Shown in pieces: positions 1 through 11,691 of a stretch of 64,000 nt of DNA; position 1 is the first letter of the stretch, and the number at the start of each line of letters is the position of its first letter. Location: NCBI GenBank assembly GCA_002633005.1, contig NMRA01000144.1, forward strand, positions 310,001 through 374,000, read 5' to 3'. The stretch is from Phoronis australis (taxonomy: Eukaryota; Animalia; Phoronida). A program made the position numbers and the translations under genes. Below the pieces are notes generated by a model, which saw nothing but the letters and a program-made list of their open reading frames with translations, searched no databases and was not told where the DNA came from.

Positions 1-1177
1 ATGGTTCGTTGCTTTACAAACCCTCATGGAATCACACTTAAATCCTTGTTTAAAAGTTGACAAAAGAGAGAATGCAAGATCTGTGTTGCCTTAATCTTGA
101 ATCAGTCAATCCATCATGCCTGCTAGGTAAATCATGAACAAGAAATATAGAGCTTGATGTTACAACAGAGTCTTATTATTTTTGGTCCACATTAGTTACT
201 TGGAATGTAGCCTGACAACTCCAATGGTCCTGGCATGCATAAGTTTCAATTTATCGTGAAAACCTTGCTAGAAAACTTAGATTATAATCCCCATCATTAC
301 AACTCTTGTGGAAGAACACCAACATAGTGTTCTGTAAGTGCAACATGCGTCACATGTGTCACAAGCCTTCTGTTGTAAACCCTATGTGGCACGTGCGTTC
401 TGCTGAAACACCTTTTTGCGATCTACAGTGCGTTTCAACTTGAACAGCAGGAATTCCAAAACTAGAACACCGTGTGTGCTGCGCTTTTATATCAATAATG
501 CGTTCACAAAGTGTAACATTTTTGTGTTCTAGTAAAGTAGAACACATATGGTTAGAGTTTTGCATTGTCATTCTGTGTACCTTGGTACGTTTGGAACAGG
601 TTCAAATTGCGGAAGTGCAGCCAAGTTTTTTACAGTTTATTTCTCATATACAGAATGGATTAAGTTAAACGTCAGAATTTATGCATCAACTGCAAGATAT
701 TATTGTTCGTTTTGTTTAGAGTAACAGCATTCCATCTTGTGTAGTATGTACAAGTGGCGTAGTTCAATATGTTGGCAAGGATGGTCTAGACTTAAGTATA
801 TAACTGTTGATCGCCGATGAGCCCCAACAGAGCAACACCGAACAAATAAAAACAGTCGCGTAATAGACAGTTATATCTCTCCACGGAAAATGCGTAGCTG
901 TGCAGGATATCAGCAACAAATAGGATTTTTATGTTGCACAATGTTCTTTGTTGTTTATAAACAATTTTAGTTAATCCCAGAAATGCTCAAAAGTCAAATG
1001 ACTAGAACAAGGTATCGCTCTTGCGAATGTTAAATGGACTATCAAAAGATCTAAATAGCTGACACTAAGTGTTAATACACTCGAAGCTCGCGACTTACAA
1101 ATGCCCAAAAGGCATGCTGTTCACGACACACAACAGGATAGATTATAGTGCAGTTATTTTAACGACGACGCAGCACG

Positions 1178-3986
1178 TCAGCGAATAGAGATGACCGATC
1201 GCTTATTTGCATCGCAGCGGATGCCCGTTTCTTCATAATTAGAAGTAGTCATGTGGTCGTATCCATCTGCAACAATCTCGTCCCTAACACTAATGCGGCT
1301 GACGTTTTCACAAGAGTCCATTTGTTTTTCTGTTGAAGATTTATCACTACCGCTTGGGCATACTTTCACGTGGTGACGGACGGTATTTTTAGACTCGCCG
1401 TGAACAGCTATTGCATTCTCACCAACAGAGTTTCTGGTTTCGCCGTCTTGAACCGTTTGTAACGTCTTGATACCGTTCGTTTTCAAATTCTGCAGTTCCA
1501 ACCCATCATCTTGAGTGGTCTCGTTATGGCTAACGCGGCGATCGGCAAGTGTGATTTCGTTTGGTGAAATGGAACCATTTTCTTTGGCGTCAGGTTCCTC
1601 CAAAGCAAACGCTTTGTTCTCGTATTGTTTTTTCAGTAACGTTCTGGCAGACTTTGGTGTCTCTGGAAGAAGTCGTCTTAGATTATGTGGTGTGGGCAAC
1701 GGTGTGTCCACTGTGTGACTAGAAGGAAAGTCATTCACACGTTTATTTTTTAGAGGTTTAGAATTTATATCAGCTGAGCGCTCTGAATGTTGCGATGGAC
1801 AACAGACTTCAAAATTGGCTGACGAGAAGGTATACAAGAGAGGATTCAGAGCAGAGTTGATGGGCATGATGAACACAGCCACCCAGGCTGAAATTTGTCG
1901 ACTTATGGTGACTCCAGAAAGAGCAACGATGCCAATCACAGAGATTGGGACCCAGCAGCAAAAATCGGTCAACACGATTAGTACTAATCGCCGGGCAAGT
2001 GCGAGGTCACGTGCTGTCGATTTCCGCTTCGAATTAAGCCTCTGTTGCCGCACGTAAACGTAAATCCATATATAGCCCCCAGCTATGACAATGAAGCATA
2101 GCAAATTGAAACCTATAAATACTGAAGCCGAATACATCCAACCTGTGGAAGAAGTGTTGCGAAGCGTGAAAGGGAGACAAACAGACGTTGAGCCGTAATA
2201 TATATCGCCATACATGATAAGAGGAACTGCAGCGATGACGCAGCACGTTACCCATCCCACACCTTCCACAAGGGCAGCAGCTTTTCTGGACAATGAGTTC
2301 ACTTGGAATGTAAAAACCAAGACAAGCACTCGGTCTACTGTGATCACAACAAGCGTGAACACGGACATTTCACAAGCAACGGTTGAAATAAACCCTTCAA
2401 ACTGACAAAGGAATCCCTCCCTCCAGTCTTGTTCATACTGATAGAACCTGCCTTGACTCTCAAAGTACTGATCCGCCGAAGCGATGATTAGAAGGTACAC
2501 GCCCATAATAAAGTCCGATACGCTTAGGTTCAGAATAAGGAATGAATTGACATTTTGTCGCTCAGTCTTTAAACGCCAAAAAAAAACAGCAATGTTGCCA
2601 ACGAAAGCCATCATACCTATTACCCAGATGGCATACCTCAAAAATTCGTCGGCAAGCAAATCTTCACATGACGAAAATTCTCCGGGTTCTGGGAAACATT
2701 CCACACTTGTGTTCAACGCGCAGCAGAAAGTGTAAGCATCGGTATATATGATGTCTATTAGCACTTTTGAGAAGGCATCCAAGTCAATTTTCAAGTTTCT
2801 GTCGTTATCCTCAATGTTCAATATCCTTAAACGTCCTTCGAAAGCGTAGGAAGAAATTGAAACCAATTTATTTGCTGAAAGATCAATACGTTGAATGTTT
2901 ATTCCACCAAACGCATATTGTGTTAAATGAGTTATACGGTTCCCTTTCAAATTGAGGCGCAGGAGATTGTCCAGTCCTTGAAATGCATACTCTGGTATAG
3001 TCGTCAAGTTGTTGTATGAAATGTCAAGAACTCCCATGTAATAATAGCCACTAAATGTATTCCGTGTAAGCTCCAACATGTTATACGAGAATAGCAAGGC
3101 GCGCAGGTTTTTGCTGTACGTCGGAATTGAAGTCAGGCTAACATTAAAGCAATCCATCGAGAAATCGTTGCACGTGCAAGATCCTGGGCAGCCGCTTGGG
3201 AGATCACAATACTTTTCGTCGTCACCATTTGCACAATCAACTTTCCCGTCACAGATCAAGTGCTGCTCTATGCAAATTTGCTGTCCAGGGCAGCGTAGCA
3301 GACCCGGGCAACTGTATTTTTTGCACCCCACTTCGTCCTCTCCGTATACGCAGTCTGCTGTTCCATCGCAAACGCGGCGGATGTGTATGCAGAAGGAATT
3401 AGGACATTTGAACATTCCAGGGCACTCGAATCTGGAACAGTTTGTCAAATGACTGAAATCACGACATCCAACAACTGCGGGAAATAAGTATTTATCAATG
3501 TCGTACACGCATGCATTACCCCTTTTAAAGCATTTGCTATGTTGGGGAATGCAACGGACTTCATCACTCTTTGGGCAGAACGATGTGTAATTCACCGCAA
3601 CTGTTGGTTTTGCCCCTCCCCCTACTACCACTTCTCCTCTTATCGAATCTTCATATTTCAGCACTTCATCTTCAGCAGTGAAAGTTGGGCAATCGGCTTG
3701 TAAATCGTTTTGGCGAGGTTTGGGAATGCAAGTTGCGGAGTAACAGTGGAATCCGTTTATGCAGGATGCCGCCCAGTCACACTGCTCTGCACTTTCGTCC
3801 TCTACAGATCTACAGTCCTTAATCAAGTCGCACGTTCTGTTCATTTCAATGCACGCACCATCAGCACAGCGAAATTCACCAACCGAGCAGCTCGGATATG
3901 TGCAGTTGGTCTCATCTGAGCGGTCTTTGCAGTGATTGACGTGATCGCAGTACAAGGAGTACGGAAGACATTCACCACTATTACAC
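1178..3986 (-). CDS. Gene A coding exon 3 of 3: LDLa repeats, LRRs, hinge, rhodopsin-type 7TM and C-tail (GRL101-like LGR)
   Basis: Acceptor gttttgttttag|G at 3986 (phase 2) restores ENTFR|CNSGEC. About 6 further LDLa repeats, LRRNT (CPGSCTC), LRRs, hinge FSSCEDLL, TM3 DRV, TM6 TDFCCWVP, TM7 NSALNPLLY, stop at 1178. Exon sum 6423 nt is in frame (2140 aa). Confidence 0.93.
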
Positions 3987-4199
3987 CTAAAACAAAACAC
4001 ACCAGTTAAAATTTCCGGGTACACTCTAGTTAAATGAACACGTTGATTTACATCATACGCCAAGAATATTTCAAAGAAGACAAAATTTCCATCATTATCG
4101 TTTTATTGAACCAGAAAGCTGACATCAGAGACCCTGCCGTGGACATATTCTTAAAACCAGTGTCCTGCTATATAATTGCAAATTTAGGCCTGGCACTAA

Positions 4200-4450
4200 G
4201 AAATGCAAGAGCAACGTAAAGTTTTGGAATGTGCTTATGACTGCACAACAAACAGTTACTTCTATCATGGTGTTTACCAGTTTTATAAAAACGACCACTA
4301 GGTGGCGCAATATGTCGAGCTCAACCAAAAGTGGGAAAACGTCGTCATTTCCCTTATTCGGAAAATTCTTCCAAATTTCACGGAAATCTATGCGAAGCTC
4401 ATCGGCAAACACAAACATTCATGTAATAAATTGCCTCTAGGTAGCACAAC
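4200..4450. repeat. Fragment of the same tandem-unit repeat family as 11692-12985
   Basis: Shares ccactaggtggcgc (4295), caaatttca.g.aaatc and aaattgcc.ctagg..gcac (4434) at ~140 bp spacing. Confidence 0.6.
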
Positions 4451-4551
4451 GGTACATAAGTCCTCAAAATAAACCACGCAGACTTCCAAGAACTCTGCTA
4501 GGCTCTACTGAACTTCTTGCCATAATTATTTAAAACTTAGAGCATGCCATC

Positions 4552-5545
4552 TGTGAAGTTAAGGTCTGATGACGATGATTCTTAGTCAATCAAGAGAAAA
4601 ACAACACCATAGATAGCCGGAGATGTATATTGGAGCGAACAGACAGACACCGAATGACGGTCGCGCCGTGGCCGGCAATAAATAGTCCCTAAGTAGCCAC
4701 ACTATAGTGTCACTTGGTATCGTAGTCCTTTAAATGCGTAGGAGCTCGATTTCTCGCAACAAACGTTTATGAGTGTCCTTACCGCCTATTCCAAGTACTA
4801 TTCTATTTCGTAAGATATCAGCCGACGACTGGTCGTAGTTGCATGTTGTCATTAAAGTACGAATCGCAGCAAGAAAAGATTCAAAACTTTCGTCGGGACC
4901 CTGTGAACGCTGGTAGAATATAAATCGTTCATAAGTTTCATTAACCTCCCCCACGGCAAAATTGTCAAATTTGACCAAAATTTCAGCTATAGTGCGGTCT
5001 GCACCCTCTGTGTCAAACCGGAAACCGTTGTAAATTTTCAGCCTTTCATCCCCTACGGCGTGCAATAGCAATGACAACTGGTAATCCCTGGGATGCTCGT
5101 CCAGTTGGGCAATAACGCTATAATTTTGCCACTTTTGCTTAAACATCTTCCAGCTTTCCTTAGAGGCTGGGCCAGAAAAGTCCGGGGCAGATGGAAGGTG
5201 AATTTCTGGCACAGGTTTTGGTTTGGGGGGCATGTTGCAAAGTCAGCACGCAGCGAAGTGACACGGACAGAGGCCGCCGAGAATGAGGTCAGGTCGGTGG
5301 CGTGTAAGATCGCCATTAAAAACAGGAAGTCCGGCATAACAGGTTCAAAAAACCACTACGACTGTTCGCTAAGTGCTTCACACGTTGCCACCATGTTAAG
5401 TTAACGTCTGATGGCGATGATTCTTAGTCAATCAAGAGAAAAACAACACCATAGATAGCCGGAGCGGTATATTGGAGCGAACAGGCAGACACCAAATGTC
5501 GCGCCGATGCCGGCAATAATACTAACTACTCTACACTACTCAACA
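4552..5545 (-). mobile_element. Internally deleted Ty3/gypsy LTR retrotransposon (two LTRs plus truncated gag)
   Basis: Direct repeats start at 4552 and 5394 (~150 bp, TG...CA ends). PBS-like TGGTGGCAACGTG lies directly after the 5' LTR on the minus strand. The gag-like ORF 4730-5233 has W..FKQKWQNY, ETYERFIFYQRSQ..DESFESF and LRNRIVLGI. Flanks ccatc/ccacc resemble a 5-bp TSD with 1 mismatch. Confidence 0.85.
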
Positions 5546-5811
5546 CCACCCAAAAAACAACCTAATTTGTATCAATTTAGATAGAGTAGTTCTACACGAT
5601 AACGGCACGTTTGGTTGCGTTACCTGACACCTCACAGCAGACGTAGGTGTTGAAATTATCTAATGACGTTATTGGTTTCACACGCAGTCTCTTCAGCAGT
5701 TCACAACATATGGATTACTGGTGTCAGCTTATCGCTTTAATTCATCGTTTAACACCAGTACATTATCAAAGTTCGATATAAAACCCTTAAAAACGTTTTG
5801 TTTTATTTCGC

Positions 5812-6353
5812 TGTTACGGATTTATTGGTATTTGGACACACCGTAGCCTACAAAGTTCGGCAGGCCAATTTATCAAGGTCCGTAGCAGGAGTTTGGGGTG
5901 TGTTCGGAGATAAATTCGAAAAATTATTCCATGAAATACAGACAGGAGATACTAGATCTGTGTTGTTTAGACTTGTGATTTTTTGAGTTCTAAACACACA
6001 AAACGCTTGTTATTCCGGGCAGTGGCTCGGAACCCGATCAGGCCCGTCACAGCCGGACTGACTCGTTATCCCGGCCAGTGGCTCGGAACCCGATCAAGCC
6101 CGTCGCGGCCGGACTGAAGACATCACGAACATAAACCAGCCAAAGTTGGAAACTAAACTTCCAGTCAAGAAAATACTATACTAGGGAGCCAAAGAAGGAG
6201 TGTGGACGTGATTATGTTGGTGAATTAGCCACGAAACTGCAAATCTAAGTTTGTCGTGGGCCTCGAATTCAGGTTCCCCTTAAGCCACAGAACCGTCAGG
6301 GCATGACACTAATTATTTGAATAATTTATTGGTAAATAAAGATTCCCCTAACA
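5812..6353 (+). mobile_element. Candidate solo LTR with internal ~55-bp tandem duplication
   Basis: Ends TGTTA...TAACA with AATAAA just before the 3' end, and a duplicated unit at ~6007-6061/6062-6117. No clear TSD. Confidence 0.45.
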
Positions 6354-6656
6354 CCTGGCCGTGGGATAGAAAATCGAGTTATTGTTTTACAACAGTTTCC
6401 TTCAGCAAACACTGAATTAGCATGGGCTCACACGGCCTCGGTGTCCGGTCAATTACTGAATTTTATTGCATCTAAAGCCGGTAACGCAGTGATTTATTCA
6501 TTGCTGGCTCCTCAAATCATTTGCACTCACGAACACTCTAGAGGTATTACAAATTGTATCTAAAGAGACAGACTTTGTTTCAGTTTTATTAAATAAGTAT
6601 TGGTTAGGATGAGAATAATTCATTTTGAAACAGAACACTCAGTAATAAACGTCAAC

Positions 6657-7199
6657 ATGGCATCTTGCAATCCTGACTTAGACGAGAGCTCACCCGACAA
6701 ATACTTCGCAGGTGGAACGTTAAGTTCCACAGGCTATCAGTTCGAACCGGAATGCAGTGATGAAGAAATACTAGAGAGGCGCTGTGAACAAGATCAGACA
6801 ACGGAAGGTATGGATAGTTATTTGGTAAGCTGGCATTCGTCAGACTCACTGTCGACGACTGCAGGCCACAGACACGGATATGTTTCACGGCCTCATACTT
6901 GTTATTTACGGCGTACTTTGCATTCTTCACTTCCTAAGCATTTCAGACTCTCGAGGAAGTCGAAAAAACGATATACCCGCTTTCCTCGAAGCTGCATAGT
7001 TCAGACAAGCAGGAACGATGCATCGCAACATAGAGGCATTCACTGCAAATGAACCACTGACGTCGATGCGTCGTTTCTCACCTTCCTCTCAGATTAACGT
7101 GACACCTCTCGGTAAGGTAGACCGTATAAGAGGCGATCTGGATATAGACCGATTAAGACGGTAAAAAAACTAATTAAATCGGGTGGCATTCTTCTTTAA
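6657..7199 (+). pseudogene. Degenerate P2X7-C-terminal-like (KolX-type) ORF remnant, possible Kolobok transposon fragment
   Basis: caacATGG start, GYQFEPE.SDEE motif and later R.FPRSCIV..R similar to the KolX/nanor-type LPSCVV..IR motif. The region ends in ...attcttct-TTAA. Confidence 0.45.
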
Positions 7200-8682
7200 G
7201 TCGAACATTAGGTGCAATAAAGTAGAGTTTAATGCGGTTGTGCCTAGCCGCTAATTGTCCATTTATTTACATAATGGACTTGCCCATTAATTTGCAGCGA
7301 TTTTGACAACGTGGACGGAGCAGTACCTGTCGAGGTTTATAGCTGCAATTGAAAGAATGTAAATAGCAAATTAATGGATGTTTACTGGAGAATTTGTGTT
7401 CTGTGCCAAGACTTTGTCGAGATTCGATGTTGTTTAGATTATTTTTGAAAACTAATGTACGCGGATCAGCCCGAAATAATTCGTTACCTGTTGGCCTGTT
7501 GTCTGCTTATAAGAGTGCACTAATACCGTCAGAGGTCCTAAAGTCGTGAGTGCCCTGAAGTCGTGAACGATCTTATTTCCTCTTATGCGTGGTCCTGCGA
7601 CATCTGGCGTTGAAGTTTCCAGCGTTCGTCTGCTTACGAACGTCAAACGAATACCCGGACGTGTTCGTATTCACAATATGATGACAAACAGTGAATGAGT
7701 GGCTTCTTTTTTCAAATGTATCTTAAAAACAGTATATTTCACTAATTCCCTTTTTTGTGCATTTTTAGATATATTTTCGGAAAGTGTTCAGATTTACCCA
7801 AACACGCGCTCCAGGGGTAGCTTGAACAATGTATCAAAATGTCCCAGGGTTGATCAAGTTTTGTAAGACCAAAACAATAAAATACAGAGCGATAACTGAT
7901 CCTGGGTTCTTAGCGTTTTACGTGAACAACCTCATTGAAAACGTCTGTGCACATCAAAGTTGGGTGCAAAACATATAACAATTTATTTCAATTGAAACTG
8001 AATTAATAAACAATGCAATGCATTTTTATGTCATCTAGAGTAAATGTAAGCACTGTAGTTGACTTGTGTGGTCACACTTCGTGCATTTCCGTCTAAAAGA
8101 AACGTTCACGACTTTAGGGCCTCATTCAAAATGGCCAGCGATATCAGCGACTGTTTTAAAACTCTGCTTACGGATACAAACAAGGATTAAGATTGTCAAA
8201 ACACGTATATTTGTGAAGGCTGATATATGTCCAGGGCATCACATGAGCAGTTGCAAACGGACATTGGGTAGTATGACAATCAACTGCTTATTATGCTTAT
8301 ATTCACGACTTTAGGTCACCGGTGTATACAACACCCGCGCAGTACGTTTCTGCGGATTCTGGTGTTGAATCACGTGTGCACAAAATGACACTGATGATTG
8401 TGCTATGCGATTCGTGAATATCAAAATACCAGTTATATGTTTCTGCGTTCGTATTGCGGAAACTGTGAAAGCGAGTTAGGATTTGGCTATTCCCCGTTTT
8501 AGATATGTATAAAAACAAGTCACATATCTAATGCGATATAAATGTTACAATTGACATAAGCATGTGTCGCAAGTTTCATTTTCGGTTAAAAAGCTCAGCG
8601 GCATCCCATGCTCAAATATATGAGCTATGAGCTGTGACCCTGGAAAATTATTACAGACTGCACTGTGCTATGTAGCGCCTAC

Positions 8683-9641
8683 CTGAATGTATTCTCACAG
8701 CCGCAGGTTTCTTCATCGTCACCTCCTAAACAGTCCAAGTTACCGTCACACAGCTGAGCTTCAAATATACATGTGCCGTCTTTACAAGTGTGTTGATGAG
8801 CTCCGCATCGAGTGCTGTGACTGATGATATCACGTTCACATAAAACGCTTAGCGGACCATTAGGGAACAGCGTTTTCCGATCCTGATATTTAGCATAATT
8901 CTTTGTTTCCGAATTTAGTGGTGTGATCGACCAGGTAAATGGAGGCTTTGTGTTGCAGTCAAATTCAATGATATCATACTCTACAACGTTTTCCCTTATA
9001 GCATCCAATTGAAATTCTAACGATTTCCAAGTATTTTTATGTGCGTTCATTACGCGACAGGTGGTATTGATCTTCTCAAACCAAATTCCCCGATATTCCG
9101 GCTGATGTCTCCATAGCGACAAGAGGTACCGGATATACGCCAAATCATTGTCGCTAATATTTGCCATCCTGGCTCCCATCTGAATACACATCGACTTTGC
9201 ATCCGTGTAACTCAGAGAAGTTGTTAACGAGTGTAAACTAGTTACCAATTTTACGCATGCTCCATTCATAAAGGTCCAATCCCTAGTGCAACGGTTGGTG
9301 GGCATGAGCGTTACACCAGCGTCAGGTTCTGCAGTACTACTTGAAAATCTATAGGGCGACTTTTTGCAAACGAACAACGCCTCTGGGAACGGATAGTTGC
9401 AAGGCAGTTTCGCCCAGTTGGTTTCGTACTGAAGACGAACGCTTGGTTCAGAGATATACATCACAGTGCAAAGTGAGTATTCTTCTCTGATTGGTTGAAG
9501 GCGGTTACTAGGAATGACCGCTGATATTTCCTCCGGTGGCATGAAGTTGGCTTCGTCTTCAGTAATTTTGTCTGAATAAAGGCGCCTGTGCCAGTCAGTT
9601 AATCGAACTTGAGTTCCGTCCATCCACGTCCCATCTCCACC
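8683..9641 (-). CDS. Gene A coding exon 2 of 3: C-half of CTL domain 1, CTL-like domain 2, first LDLa repeat
   Basis: Acceptor tctttatag|GGT at 9641 (phase 0) joins YIGLKGQ|GGDGTWMDGT, restoring the CTL WIGL..W.DG motif. LDLa is CGAHQHTCKDGTCIFEAQLCDGNLDCLGGDDEETC. Donor TTC AG|GTAGGC at 8683 is phase 2. Confidence 0.88.
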
Positions 9642-11691
9642 CTATAAAGAGAAAGGCAATATCACAGTGAACGAATTTTAAGCAATAACGAGTATCACTG
9701 AGGATATTAAAAGCGATATCTAATTCCTTTCAAACTATTAGCACATATTAATTGCAACTTCCTCGCTTTTCAGGAAAAATTGTTAAATCCCTTAAGAAAC
9801 TTGGTTGATATCGAGTATCAGACAGAACCAAAGGAAACAGAAACAACATAAACAACAAAAGTGCAAAAACCGACGTCAGCTACACTCTCTCCTATGGGAG
9901 ATCATCTTCTAACTTAAACGAGGAACCTTTAATGAGTCTGAAAGATAAAGAAACGGGTAACATCAGTGAATAACAAATTACTTTTGTGATAAGCTGCCGC
10001 AGAGTTCTTTCCGGTGAAAGCAAACATACAGTAACTGGCAGATGCTTACAACAATTCGTAAGGGTTTTGTGTGGAGACGTTTAACAAAAGGAGAAGCCGA
10101 AACAAAAATAGCACCAACAGTTGTCATTAGTAGTGTAGCTCAAGTCAGATCCAACTAAAAGTGAGCAAGAGTCATTTCTTCCTCCGTTGATGAACACGTA
10201 CCTGCCATTTTCAGAGAAACTACATTAAAGTTAGATATATAGACGCAGACGCAAAGAAATTTTGTTCCGTGACATGGGGCTGTTCATTTATTTTCACCAC
10301 TCAAATAGTGGGTTCTTCGGATGCCATGTTTCTCCCTGTATTTTCTATCGTTTATGATTGTTTATCTTTAGTTTTTATTGAATTACAGGTCAATGTGTTC
10401 CCATTTTACTAGTAACATTGAAGTTCGACGCCTTTTAATGTTCTTTTGAAGGCTTATCAAAGGTTGAGACTCAGTGTGTTTACCTCCATCCGATAGACGG
10501 CGTTTCGGTAATTCATTGAATGATCACAGGATCACATCAACTAAATGCGATGCAGAGCACGTACCGAAAACAAAAAGATTTCCAGCCAAAATTGCAAAAC
10601 AGTACACCCAGTCAAAAATAGGACAACATCGATATCTGCACCTATTGCGGCCAGACGGGGCACGGGAAAAAGGCTCCAGCTCGTCTCCGCCAATCAGTGT
10701 GCCTCGCCTTCCGCCACATATGCGAGAAGTGTCAATTAAAGAATCACTTCCCAGGTGTGTGCTGAGGAGGCCGCTGCACCGGAAAGCCAGAATCCAGCGC
10801 CCATCACAGCAATGCAACACTCGATTTGTACGCTGTTTCCAAAACTCATGAGACAACCCCCGACCACCACATCTTTGACCACATTTCCGACATATGGTTG
10901 AAAAACAAATCCATGCCACATCCCACAATCACACTAAAAGTCGCCACAGACGACTACTTATTACTCGGCGCCTAATCTAAAACCACCATGACCCTCAACA
11001 CAACCAAAACAGAGTGCATAGCGGACACAGGATGCCAGAGTTGCTTAGCTGGCACCCACCTCCTCACCTCCTTAGATTTATCGGAGAGCGACCTCTTGCC
11101 TGTCAACATGACAACGAAGGCGTTAGACAACGGCGAGTTCAACATTCTTGGAGCCATCATCGTTAACCTTTCTGGCACCACAACCCCGGGTCGCAACACC
11201 AAGCAGATCGTGTAAATTTAAAATTCTACTGACAGGTTCTTTCTCAGCTGTCACTCTTGTCTGGGATTAGGAATTACAAGCACAAACTTTCCGACAGTAG
11301 GCGATTGCTTGAACGCTAACGATGACACGACTCCATGCACATGTTCACCTCATCAAAAGCCGCCTCCACGCCCAAAAGCGCTTCCGTTCCCGGCCACCGC
11401 CGACAACCGCATAAGCCTCCAACAGTGGCTTCTTAACTACTATGCCTTTTCCACATTCAACACATGCGAGCATATGCCACTCCCAATGATGGACAGTACC
11501 TCAATGCGTCTCATGGTCGACCTCGACAAGGAACCCAAAGCTTGCCATGCACCCATACCTCAGTGTCCCAATTCACTGAAAGAACGAAGTCAAGGCGGGC
11601 CTTGATAGCGACGTTAACCTGGGAGTCATCGAACCGGTACCCATTGGTACTCCAGTCACTTACCGCCACCGTATAGTTATCTGCTCTAAGA

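Noticed and set aside
1-700. Possible coding remnant at the window start
   Set aside because: Only short Cys/His-containing ORFs with no identifiable motif.
1515-3919. Plus-strand ORFs overlapping the GPCR exons, some similar between paralogs (also 49237-51866, 57284-58173)
   Set aside because: Antisense shadows of conserved coding sequence with no independent domain signal.
3987-4063. ORF-track N-termini of the exon-3 and exon-2 ORFs (also 51934-51965, 53451-53531, 59448-59555) as real protein starts
   Set aside because: They lie upstream of clear splice acceptors or the aligned ATG and are not conserved between paralogs, so they are intronic or UTR read-through.
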